Source: Anaerolineae bacterium (lineage in GTDB: Bacteria > Chloroflexota > Anaerolineae > Aggregatilineales > J027). Taken from it: DNA of 64,000 nt. This document shows, one piece after another, positions 47,502 through 55,867 of this stretch. Numbering within the stretch: position 1 is the stretch's first letter; each line of letters starts with the position of its first letter. A model generated the notes under the pieces. It worked only from the letters and a program-made list of their open reading frames with translations. It was not told the origin of the DNA and made no database searches. Location: positions 7,307 through 71,306 of the forward strand of contig DAOTVD010000427.1 of the NCBI GenBank assembly GCA_034437075.1, given 5' to 3'. The position numbers and the translations under genes were made by a program.

Positions 47502-48334
47502 TGTGCGGGGCCTTTCACTTGTTCGCGAGATGTTTCTACCGCAACAGGTCGCCGGGCTTCGGCCTCGGGTAAGTGATGATGTAAAGCAAACGTCCATACG
47601 GACTCTGGCAAAGGCAAAACCAGTAACCAATGCTCGATGAGACCCAGCGTTATCATGGTCGCAACGAATAAACTACCGATGCGCTGCGCGGGGTCGATAT
47701 CGGGCTGAAAAGCCGCATAGCCCAACATCATAGCGGTACCAGTCGCCAAAGCCACAGAGAAAGGAAACAGGATATTTGAAGCCCCCCGCCCCAGCAGATC
47801 GCGCACATAATGCATTTGCGTAGGGAGCAAATCGATACGGAAATTGCGCACGCCCAAAAATACATTCAACTTAGCGCTTGTGTGCATCAAGGCCAGCGCA
47901 AGATAAATCCACAACCCCCAGCGGTTGGCCGATGACCAGGTCAGCGCCAAGAGCAAAATACCCACGAGGATAACCAGCACCTCATGATAGGCACTAAAAC
48001 GCAGAGCCAGCCAAAAACGAGTTCGCATTGAGGCCGCCTGGGGTACTTCTGTTTTGGATTGTGGCCCCGTGATAAACCCCATGAAATACCCGGCAACTTG
48101 CCAGGCCCAGACCACAATACCGCAGGTCACAGCGAGATAAATGTCGCCTATACCGGTGCCTTCACGGGTAGCGATAAGCACCCCCAAGGCCAAAACTAAG
48201 GCCACCGTTGCCGCCGCATAGCCCCAGCGCATCGCTTGCCGCGAGCGACCATACAGTGCAAAAACCACCCCGGCGGACATCCACCACAGGAAGATGGCAT
48301 AAAAAATTGGGGCAATGACGGTATACCAGGGCAT
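47498..48334 (-). CDS. puhE: PuhE-like (DUF3623) putative photosynthetic-complex assembly membrane protein
   Basis: Seven TMs. PIFYAIFLWWMSAGVV and the overall architecture resemble PuhE as I remember it. The start is placed at the TGATG overlap with the bchP stop, whereas the track ORF starts at 48415. Confidence 0.5.
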   Translation of the reverse strand: MPWYTVIAPIFYAIFLWWMSAGVVFALYGRSRQAMRWGYAAATVALVLALGVLIATREGTGIGDIYLAVTCGIVVWAWQVAGYFMGFITGPQSKTEVPQAASMRTRFWLALRFSAYHEVLVILVGILLLALTWSSANRWGLWIYLALALMHTSAKLNVFLGVRNFRIDLLPTQMHYVRDLLGRGASNILFPFSVALATGTAMMLGYAAFQPDIDPAQRIGSLFVATMITLGLIEHWLLVLPLPESVWTFALHHHLPEAEARRPVAVETSREQVKGPAQ

Positions 48335-49539
48335 CAGGTTGATAGGCTCCTGGGCATATAATGCCGGATTTGCGACACGATAATATCGCCCGTCATGCGC
48401 AACTGGGACAGCCACGGCATGGGCGCCATGCTCTTGAACATGTACGACTCAAACGTGAGTTGCTGCACGTCCGTGTTATGGCACATATCCGTAAAGACTT
48501 CCATCTGGCGTTGGTTGCCATAACCCCACACCTGAAGCCATTGTAAGAAGCGGTACATCATGCGGTATTCCCGCCACCATTGCTTCTGGTAACGATGCAA
48601 CGCTTGGGCCGAGAAATTCGGGGCACTTTGGGCGATCACCTGCGCGGCGACCTGGCCACTTTTCATGGCCCAGTAAATCCCCTCGCCAGATGTAGCCGCG
48701 ACCAACCCGGCGGCATCACCAACCAGCACCGCGCGTTCGAACGCAATTTGCTTACGCGGATGGATAGGCAGCGCGTGGGCTTCTTCCATGAAGATTTCGC
48801 CCCCCGCCAGATCATCCGAAATACGGGCTTTTAGGTTTTCTAAAAGTTGGCGCATTTCTTGCGTCTTGCCAGGGCCAGCACCGCACCCCACCGCCACATG
48901 ATCGGCCTTGGGGAAAACCCAAGCATAGAGGTCTGGGCTAACATCTTTGCCAAGATACAAATGGGCAGTATCGCCCCACTGTTGCATGGTAGCTTCGGGC
49001 AACCGGATACGCTCCTGGATTGCAACGCAATAGGGTAAGCGTTCCTGGCCCAGCAAGCGTGCCGTGGCCGAGTAAGCACCATCCGCGCCAACGATCATAG
49101 ACGCTTCTAGAGTTTCTTTCGTGCCCGTGGCTTTATCGCGGTATGTAGCGAGTACGCCATCATCACCAATTGATAGATCAACAAGTTTGCCCTCGATGAG
49201 TTCGGCCCCGTGCTCAACAGCACGTTGACGCAGATACGGGTCGAGGTCTTCACGGCGCACCATCGCGACATAATCTTCATCCCGGCGTTCTAAGCCAGTG
49301 ACGTCAAAACAAGCGGTGCGTTCGGAAGGCGAATGGATTTGGGCTTTGCGCACTTTGCGCGAAATAAGCGATTGCGGAATATCAAATTCATCAAAGGCGA
49401 TGGGTGGCATAGCCCCCCCGCATGGTTTCACCCAAGATAAATCACGTTCTAATAAGACTACCGGCAACCCTGCATCGCGCAGAGCCTGCGCAGTTGTGGA
49501 TCCACCAACGGAAGCGCCGACGACTAAAATGGGTTTCAT
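48334..49539 (-). CDS. bchP: Geranylgeranyl-bacteriochlorophyll reductase
   Basis: ILVVGASVGGSTTA, KPCGGAMP and LVGDAAGLVAATSGEGIYWAMKSG. A G-rich SD precedes the ATG at 49539. Confidence 0.85.
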   Translation of the reverse strand: MKPILVVGASVGGSTTAQALRDAGLPVVLLERDLSWVKPCGGAMPPIAFDEFDIPQSLISRKVRKAQIHSPSERTACFDVTGLERRDEDYVAMVRREDLDPYLRQRAVEHGAELIEGKLVDLSIGDDGVLATYRDKATGTKETLEASMIVGADGAYSATARLLGQERLPYCVAIQERIRLPEATMQQWGDTAHLYLGKDVSPDLYAWVFPKADHVAVGCGAGPGKTQEMRQLLENLKARISDDLAGGEIFMEEAHALPIHPRKQIAFERAVLVGDAAGLVAATSGEGIYWAMKSGQVAAQVIAQSAPNFSAQALHRYQKQWWREYRMMYRFLQWLQVWGYGNQRQMEVFTDMCHNTDVQQLTFESYMFKSMAPMPWLSQLRMTGDIIVSQIRHYMPRSLST

Positions 49540-49577
49540 GATGAGGCCCCCCTTTGAAATATGCATTGTTCGATGAT

Positions 49578-50528
49578 TTAGATGGCGCGTACACCCATCG
49601 CCGCAAAGATCATGCCCCAGACGAAGAAGGTCACGCCGATAGCGCTAAACTTCAAATAGTTTTCGAGTGGGTCACGTACAAAGCTTCGCTGCAATGGGAA
49701 TTGAATAAGCATGACACCGAGCGCAACCAGCGCGGCCAGCCATTGTCCACAAAAGACAAAGGCCGCGATCACGCCGATCTGAGCAAGATTCATCGTACCC
49801 ACGATGAGCCAAGCGGCGCGTTGGGGGCCATACATAACGGGGATGGTACGAATACCATTTGCCCGGTCTCCGTCCAGGCTTTTGTAGTCATTGATACTCA
49901 TGATGCCATGTGTACCAAAGGAGTAGAGCAACGCTAAGAGTACGCTCGGCCCGGTCAGTGCAGCAAAGGCAATATGCCCGGCTAACCAAGCGAGACCTTC
50001 ATACGAGATCGCCACGAGGGTGTTACCAGCCCAACCATTGCGCTTGGCACGGATCGGCGGCGCGCTATAGAACATAGCGAGCAACAAGCCAATACTCGTG
50101 AACAGTAAAACGCCTGTCCCTAGGAATGATGCAATCGACAAACCGACAATCAGCAAAATTGCGATGGTCAGAAAGACTTGTTGTATAGATACTCGGCCCG
50201 AAGGAATCAGGCGATAGGGTTCGTTCACAGCATCGATTTCGCGATCAAAATAATCGTTCAGAACCTGCGACAGACCACATAAAATCGGGCCAGCCATAAT
50301 CATGCCAAGGACAACATAAGCCATATCGACAAATTGCCAGGTGGTCGCGCCACTGGCAATCGCCCCACACAAGAAAGCCCACATAGGTGCAAACCAGGTA
50401 ATGGGTTTCATGAGTGTAATCGAGCGCGCCAACACGGCGGGCCGCTCCACCAAAATAGAAACTTTATGCATCGGCTGTAACGGGAGTTCGATGCTGTTCA
50501 TTGATGACTGCCTCTCTGTATCTATCAT
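49578..50528 (-). CDS. bchG: Bacteriochlorophyll a synthase (UbiA prenyltransferase family)
   Basis: NDYFDREIDAVNEPYRLIPSGRV with about 9 TMs. Confidence 0.85.
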   Translation of the reverse strand: MIDTERQSSMNSIELPLQPMHKVSILVERPAVLARSITLMKPITWFAPMWAFLCGAIASGATTWQFVDMAYVVLGMIMAGPILCGLSQVLNDYFDREIDAVNEPYRLIPSGRVSIQQVFLTIAILLIVGLSIASFLGTGVLLFTSIGLLLAMFYSAPPIRAKRNGWAGNTLVAISYEGLAWLAGHIAFAALTGPSVLLALLYSFGTHGIMSINDYKSLDGDRANGIRTIPVMYGPQRAAWLIVGTMNLAQIGVIAAFVFCGQWLAALVALGVMLIQFPLQRSFVRDPLENYLKFSAIGVTFFVWGMIFAAMGVRAI

Positions 50529-50604
50529 GCAAGCGACTGCGATGCAGTTCCCTTAGACTAAAGTGCTCGTAAGCATGCGCTCTAAGTGCGTATATATGGA
50601 ATGT

Positions 50605-50637
50605 GACAAGTTGAGTACGAGGACGACTCAACTTGTC
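50605..50637 (-). promoter_or_regulatory. Perfect 12-bp stem-loop between pufC and bchG
   Basis: GACAAGTTGAGT-acgaggacg-ACTCAACTTGTC. No U-tract is present on either strand. Confidence 0.6.
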
Positions 50638-50671
50638 AGACGGTACAGAAACGAAGTGTTCGCCCTACAAA

Positions 50672-51652
50672 CTATTCGTCTTGTGCGGGGTCAGCAACCA
50701 GTGTATCGGGCATCAAAGATGCTGAACGGACGGCACCCGGCGGAATAGCTGCACCTTGATGGCACATCAAGCAAGAAGGCTCGCTACCGCGCAACGAAAC
50801 GCTCCACTCTTGCCACAGGTACTGCGACATCTGAAGCATGTTGATGGTATAGAACTTGGCCGGTACTTCGTAGGACGGGAAGTACCGCGAGTTATGGCAA
50901 TGCGTACAACCCACGCCCAAGCTATCGTTCATGTGATACATAACGCGCTGGTTATATTGGACATCATCCAGCGAGACATCATCACGAGCGTTAACGTTTA
51001 GCACGCCAATTTCCTCGACGCTGTAAACGACATCCTCGCCCAGCGGCAAACGCAAATCGCCAATATAGCGGCCTTGTTCGGGCCAGGGCTCGGGCACCGC
51101 GACGCCATTATGACATGTCGCGCACGAGATTTGTGAGCCAGACGGTTGCCGTTGGTCGGTCAGCCCGGCCAATTGGGGCAACCAGTTCTGATTTAAGTCG
51201 GCTGTCATGCGTAAATGCTGGCGCGAGAGGTTCTTGTTGGCCATCGCGACTTCATCATCCCAGACATCAGCGGCAAAGTTATCCAGCGAGTGACAGTATG
51301 TACAATCAACACCCAAGCCAGCGCTCATATGGTTGAGCATATAGCCTGTAATTTCGACCGTAGAAAGGTCTGTCAGAACTTCGACATTCTGCGTTTGGGC
51401 AAATTCGCCCGCATAGCGGCCCATGGCCAGGTACGATTCATCGCTGACGTATTCCCAGGGGCGAGCATAGTAGTCCACATAGATGGGCGATAACTGATCT
51501 TCTACGCGAACATCCCCTAGTTCTTCATCTTCGGCCTGGGTCTGTTGGTAGACAAAGGTAATGACCCAGAAGCTCGCGACAACCAACACACCGGTGATCG
51601 CCCAAAAACCGATGGATATAACAAAACGAGAGTTCATTAACCGATTGAACAT
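50672..51652 (-). CDS. pufC: Reaction-centre tetrahaem cytochrome c subunit with an N-terminal membrane anchor
   Basis: Four CxxCH motifs (CTYCH, CATCH, CTHCH, CLMCH). GGAGGG lies 8 nt upstream of the ATG at 51652, whereas the track ORF starts at 51727 inside pufLM. An N-terminal TM is present. Confidence 0.9.
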   Translation of the reverse strand: MFNRLMNSRFVISIGFWAITGVLVVASFWVITFVYQQTQAEDEELGDVRVEDQLSPIYVDYYARPWEYVSDESYLAMGRYAGEFAQTQNVEVLTDLSTVEITGYMLNHMSAGLGVDCTYCHSLDNFAADVWDDEVAMANKNLSRQHLRMTADLNQNWLPQLAGLTDQRQPSGSQISCATCHNGVAVPEPWPEQGRYIGDLRLPLGEDVVYSVEEIGVLNVNARDDVSLDDVQYNQRVMYHMNDSLGVGCTHCHNSRYFPSYEVPAKFYTINMLQMSQYLWQEWSVSLRGSEPSCLMCHQGAAIPPGAVRSASLMPDTLVADPAQDE

Positions 51653-51684
51653 GTGTATTCCCTCCGTTGCATCGGCATCATCAA

Positions 51685-53571
51685 TTAGGGCAAAATCGGT
51701 GCCACAAAGCCGGAATCCACAGCCCAAGCGAACCAGTCGCTAATCACTGTTCCGGTCAGCAAAACGCCAATCCCCCCGGTGATGCCTGTCAGTGCAGCGA
51801 ACCACCATGCCCAAATATGGATCGACTTGGAAGTCGCCTGGAAGCCCATGCACCAGCGCCAGTACAACTGGGCACGATGCGTACCCGGGCCTTCAGCCAT
51901 CATTTCATCTGCTTCTCTATGAGACCCCCATGGCGAGGTAGCCACGATTGTAGCCCCATGCATCGCCAGGAGTAATGTAGACCCCAACAAGAAGAAGATC
52001 GAGAGCATGTGGAAGGGGTTGTAGTAGAAATTGCCATATTGGACGCTTAAGTTATTCGTCCAGTCCAAAATAGCTCTGAAGCCTTGCCCGGGCGCCTGGG
52101 CCCAGTTGCCTACCATAATGGGGCGGATCAGGTAGATAACAAAATACAAGAACAAGGCAGCAGCAAAACCAAGGGCCAATTGTTGGCCCATGCCCGCCGC
52201 GCGCGCGCGATCCACAATGCGAATTAACCAGGCTAACACTGATACATGCAACAAGCCCGTGGCAAATATCCAGGCACCACCTTCATGCCAGGGTGCCCAA
52301 CCCAGGCCATATTCCATGGTAGGCGGGTCTAACGACAGGTTGAAGAATTCGCGCAAGAAAAGGATGGGATTGTAGTCCACTAAGAAGAGGTAGTGTTCGA
52401 GAATGATGAAGGACGAAACAGCACCTGCGGCAACCGCGACCAAACCAGCAACGCCCAAATAAAAGGGGCCAACTTGACCATGGTCAAATAGACGACGCAT
52501 GAAGCCGACTTCATAAGTTTCCCGGAAGGCAACCGTTTCTAGGCCAATACCATCCGGATCATATTCGTACTCGTCCGGGTCGACAGGTTGCCCTTTAGGC
52601 CGCCCGCGCCAGATCACAGCGCCGATAATGAGCATAGAACCGAAGGTCGCGCCTTCCCATATTGGGAGGGGGTCCCAGAATTCCCAGAATTCGATCCAGT
52701 CATGCACCAATGTGCCCGACAGAAAGATACATAGGTTGGAAACCAACACGGATGCCGCGCCAACCCAAAAGGCCAGGCGATGAATACCGATTTCACCGAT
52801 ACTGTAGCCTAATAGATTGCGCCAAAACGCATCTTCGTTACCTTCACGGATATACGGGCGATTCGCTACCTGAAGGATAATTGAGCCATGCATGGCCAAA
52901 ATGAGGGTAGCAGCAAACAGCAGGGTAATACCCAATGCATGGAAGGGATTGTAGAAGAAGTTGAAGTATTGGTATCCGATGTTGGAAACCCAATCTAAGT
53001 GATGGGTAATGCCGAAGGCAAAGCCATTGCCCCACGCGCCCATCGCAATAGGCCGCAACCATTGAATGGTAATGTAAGAGGATACGACCGCCCCATAAGC
53101 AATGGGGATTTCATAGCTCATATCCAGTTTGCGGGCAATATCTACCTGGCGTATTAACCACCCCACAAAGGCGATGGTACCTGCCACCATAATCAATTGC
53201 CAGAAAAAGCCGGGTTCATCCGGGCTCATAATGCGCAAACCAGCGCTGATGGGGGGAGGGTCGATGCGCGCTTGTAAGATGTTGTATGCGCCTTCGACGA
53301 TCCAAGCTTGGTAAAAGTAAAAAGCTACGCCAAAGAAGATACCGATTAGCGAAATAATGCCAAACGTGCCCACGTAGAAGCGACCAATCCAAAAATCAAA
53401 CGGATCTGCGCCGAATAAGGCGTGCATCAGGGTTCCGCCAGGTTTCTTATAGTGTGCTTCCATCTCTTCAAAAGAGACGGGTTTGCCTTCTTTGACTCTA
53501 TCTAGGGCTAAGCGATTATGCCTGTTTTCAGGCGATTCTTCGCGAATTGCTCCTGTTAATACCTTGGCCAT
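51685..53571 (-). CDS. pufLM: Fused type-II reaction-centre L-M polyprotein
   Basis: The L half has GITHHLDWVSN, YNPFH and LAMHGS. The M half has ILDWTNN, YNPFH and LAMHGAT. The two are joined in one 628-aa frame with no stop codon. Confidence 0.95.
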   Translation of the reverse strand: MAKVLTGAIREESPENRHNRLALDRVKEGKPVSFEEMEAHYKKPGGTLMHALFGADPFDFWIGRFYVGTFGIISLIGIFFGVAFYFYQAWIVEGAYNILQARIDPPPISAGLRIMSPDEPGFFWQLIMVAGTIAFVGWLIRQVDIARKLDMSYEIPIAYGAVVSSYITIQWLRPIAMGAWGNGFAFGITHHLDWVSNIGYQYFNFFYNPFHALGITLLFAATLILAMHGSIILQVANRPYIREGNEDAFWRNLLGYSIGEIGIHRLAFWVGAASVLVSNLCIFLSGTLVHDWIEFWEFWDPLPIWEGATFGSMLIIGAVIWRGRPKGQPVDPDEYEYDPDGIGLETVAFRETYEVGFMRRLFDHGQVGPFYLGVAGLVAVAAGAVSSFIILEHYLFLVDYNPILFLREFFNLSLDPPTMEYGLGWAPWHEGGAWIFATGLLHVSVLAWLIRIVDRARAAGMGQQLALGFAAALFLYFVIYLIRPIMVGNWAQAPGQGFRAILDWTNNLSVQYGNFYYNPFHMLSIFFLLGSTLLLAMHGATIVATSPWGSHREADEMMAEGPGTHRAQLYWRWCMGFQATSKSIHIWAWWFAALTGITGGIGVLLTGTVISDWFAWAVDSGFVAPILP

Positions 53572-53636
53572 AGGTCGCCCTACTTTCTATCTGCGTATGC
53601 TTGTGAGCGTGGGGGACCTCAGCGAGCCCCAGGGGA

Positions 53637-53656
53637 CACTATCCCGCAGGATAGTG
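53637..53656 (-). promoter_or_regulatory. Intercistronic hairpin between pufA and pufLM
   Basis: CACTATCC-cgca-GGATAGTG lies within a GC-rich 131-nt spacer. Confidence 0.5.
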
Positions 53657-53702
53657 ACCACCCGAGAACCCGCAGCCCCCCATAAGACAGCTTGCCAGAG
53701 CA

Positions 53703-53885
53703 CTAGTTAAACCAGTTGTAGGTCTCGGTGCTCAACAAGACAAAATGAATGGTCAGACCAACCCCAATCCCCAAGAGGATGTAAAGGATCATCACTGTCG
53801 TGAATTCGATGGGACGACGCCGCTTGGCGGGTACCACAAATTTTTCATTAGAAACGTTTGGTGTATCGGACATAGCGAAAGACAC
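53703..53885 (-). CDS. pufA: Light-harvesting complex alpha polypeptide
   Basis: Single TM with LTIHFVLLSTETYNWF (BChl-ligating His followed by an aromatic motif). 60 aa, directly downstream of pufB. Confidence 0.85.
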   Translation of the reverse strand: MSFAMSDTPNVSNEKFVVPAKRRRPIEFTTVMILYILLGIGVGLTIHFVLLSTETYNWFN

Positions 53886-53894
53886 TCCTACTGC

Positions 53895-54086
53895 TTAAGG
53901 AAGCCAAGGCTCCCATACGTATACGAGGGTGTGAGCAATGATGGCGATCACCAGGAAACCATAGGTCGATTTCACGACGATGTCATGCATTAGCCATTCT
54001 TCGTTGTTGAACAGACCCTTCCAGCGATCTGGTACGAGGTCGTTATCAACTTCTTCGGTCATGACAACCATGTCATTATCCGTCAT
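53895..54086 (-). CDS. pufB: Light-harvesting complex beta polypeptide
   Basis: [24 protein letters not shown]...[15 protein letters not shown] is the classic beta-chain pattern. AGGAGG SD. Confidence 0.9.
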   Translation of the reverse strand: MTDNDMVVMTEEVDNDLVPDRWKGLFNNEEWLMHDIVVKSTYGFLVIAIIAHTLVYVWEPWLP

Positions 54087-54111
54087 AGGATTTAATACCT
54101 CCTAAAAAAGC

Positions 54112-54123
54112 TATCGATCGATA
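54112..54123. promoter_or_regulatory. Perfect 12-bp palindrome TATCGATCGATA 26 nt upstream of pufB
   Basis: Read directly from the sequence. Confidence 0.4.
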
Positions 54124-54190
54124 ACCAAAGAGCCGGTCAACGGAATCCCTCCCGAAAAAAAGCTCATGAGGTTCAAAGTTACATCCAGCA

Positions 54191-54463
54191 TCAATAAGCC
54201 TTGGTGCGAACACCTTTGATGATCTTATCGACGGCTGGGGCAAAACCGCCCTTGTGCAACCCACCCAAGAAGCTGAGCGTGTTGGCGGCGGTATCCGTGA
54301 AGTCCAACGAGACTTGCACGAAATGGCAATTCACGAAGCTGGGCAAGTCGCCACCGGCATACACCAGGGTGGCCCGCTCGAAGCGGCAGTTTTTGAACTG
54401 CTGCCCATCGACATGGACTTCCTCATCGCGGAAGATTTTTTGTTCAACGATTATGAGAGACAT
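54191..54463 (-). CDS. Unknown 90-aa soluble protein, pentapeptide-repeat-like, a paralogue of the N-terminal domain of 54468..55115
   Basis: About 45% identity by eye to its neighbour (shared FRDE, DG, NC.F, Y.GGDLPSFVNC.F, TL..L.GL, GG, VD). A GGAG SD is present. Confidence 0.6.
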   Translation of the reverse strand: MSLIIVEQKIFRDEEVHVDGQQFKNCRFERATLVYAGGDLPSFVNCHFVQVSLDFTDTAANTLSFLGGLHKGGFAPAVDKIIKGVRTKAY

Positions 54464-54467
54464 GTCG

Positions 54468-55115
54468 TTACTCCGTTTCCCCTAATTCCCAGGTTGGTGG
54501 GCCTTGTTGGACGATAATCGCGGATGCCTGATCTAGGGGGATAGTCGCGATATTGTTTTCTTCGTTGGTCCAACTATAGGCATCTAACCGATCCAGTTGT
54601 TGCTGGCGCAAGGCGTCATACTGTTCGCCTAGTGCTTCGGGAAGGATAGGCATCGCTTGTACAGGGATCTCCTCACTAAGAGGTCGATCATTATCCAGGA
54701 CTTCATTTTGAGGATAGATCATAAAACCGTAGATGATCGCAAAGACCAAGCCAAACGTAATGAGCAACAAAACGCCGGCATAGGTGAATAGCTCCAGGTA
54801 GTTCGTCCCTGTGGCTTTGGCCTTGTACTGATCGGCGGGTGTTACGATCAATCGGTTATAACCTGCGATTCGATCCAAGGTGCTATCCACAGGGCCAGAG
54901 AGACCGCCATGATAGAGCCCCGTGAGATAACGCAGGGTTTGGAAGGCGCCGTTTTCAAGATTGATACTGACGCCGTTGAAATCACAATTTACAAAGCTCG
55001 GCAGGTCGCCACCACTGTAGGTTAAACGACAGTTGGTAAACGAACACACCTGATACGTATTGCCATCGAGGGCGATGGTCTCATCTCGGAAGGTTTCATT
55101 GGTAAACGTTGCCAT
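54468..55115 (-). CDS. Unknown 215-aa protein: pentapeptide-repeat-like N-domain, one TM, C-terminal tail
   Basis: A strong AAGGAGG SD lies 11 nt after the actE stop. TM YAGVLLLITFGLVFAIIYGFMIY. No family was recognised. Confidence 0.6.
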   Translation of the reverse strand: MATFTNETFRDETIALDGNTYQVCSFTNCRLTYSGGDLPSFVNCDFNGVSINLENGAFQTLRYLTGLYHGGLSGPVDSTLDRIAGYNRLIVTPADQYKAKATGTNYLELFTYAGVLLLITFGLVFAIIYGFMIYPQNEVLDNDRPLSEEIPVQAMPILPEALGEQYDALRQQQLDRLDAYSWTNEENNIATIPLDQASAIIVQQGPPTWELGETE

Positions 55116-55126
55116 AGTAGACCTCC

Positions 55127-55867
55127 TTATTGATCTTCCATCGCTTCAGTAGCGGCAGGTTCGGGTTGTTCGGTAGCGTCTGCTTCGGCTTCAGCCTGCA
55201 TGGGCATATCATCGTCCATGGTCATGGCTTCAGCACTGGTGGGGTCAACTGGCCCCGAGACATTCGCTTCTAGGTCACTCAATATATCTTCGGGTAACTC
55301 GCTGGTATCCGCGTATTGGCTGAGTTGCAAAGCGCGGACATACGCGACAATCGCCCAGCGGTTAGCAGGTTCAATGCGCGAACCATAGCTAAACATCTGG
55401 CCTACGCCATTGGTGATCACATCGTAGTGATACCCTACCTGGCGAGCGCGTAATTCATCGGTATGGAAGGATTGAATGCCCACCAAACCTTCATCAGCCA
55501 GCACACCATCACCGTAGCCAGCGTAGCCATGGCAAATGGCACAAAAGGCGTTGTACTGGCGTTGCCCCTCAGTGAGGACTTCTTGCGTAATCTCGATGGG
55601 GAATTCTGTCGCCAGGCTGCCATCTACACGCCCTTGGTAAAAGTGCGTGTCTTCACGCAAAAAGCCTACCGGAACCGCGTTAGGGTCTAAGTCCCGCGCG
55701 GCCACCCCAAATTCGGGGCTATCAGCATACGGGTCTGCAATACGCGGTTGCTCTTCCATGTTGTAGATTTCGCTACAGCCCGTCAGTACTAGCACAGCGG
55801 CCAATAAAACAACCAACAACGTGCGACTGCGGAGCTGTGGAAAGCGTGTGTGTTGTTTGTGCGTCAA
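55127..55867 (-). CDS. actE: Alternative complex III monohaem cytochrome c lipoprotein subunit
   Basis: Lipobox VLTGC and a single CAICH motif. Positioned after actD. Confidence 0.8.
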   Translation of the reverse strand: MTHKQHTRFPQLRSRTLLVVLLAAVLVLTGCSEIYNMEEQPRIADPYADSPEFGVAARDLDPNAVPVGFLREDTHFYQGRVDGSLATEFPIEITQEVLTEGQRQYNAFCAICHGYAGYGDGVLADEGLVGIQSFHTDELRARQVGYHYDVITNGVGQMFSYGSRIEPANRWAIVAYVRALQLSQYADTSELPEDILSDLEANVSGPVDPTSAEAMTMDDDMPMQAEAEADATEQPEPAATEAMEDQ

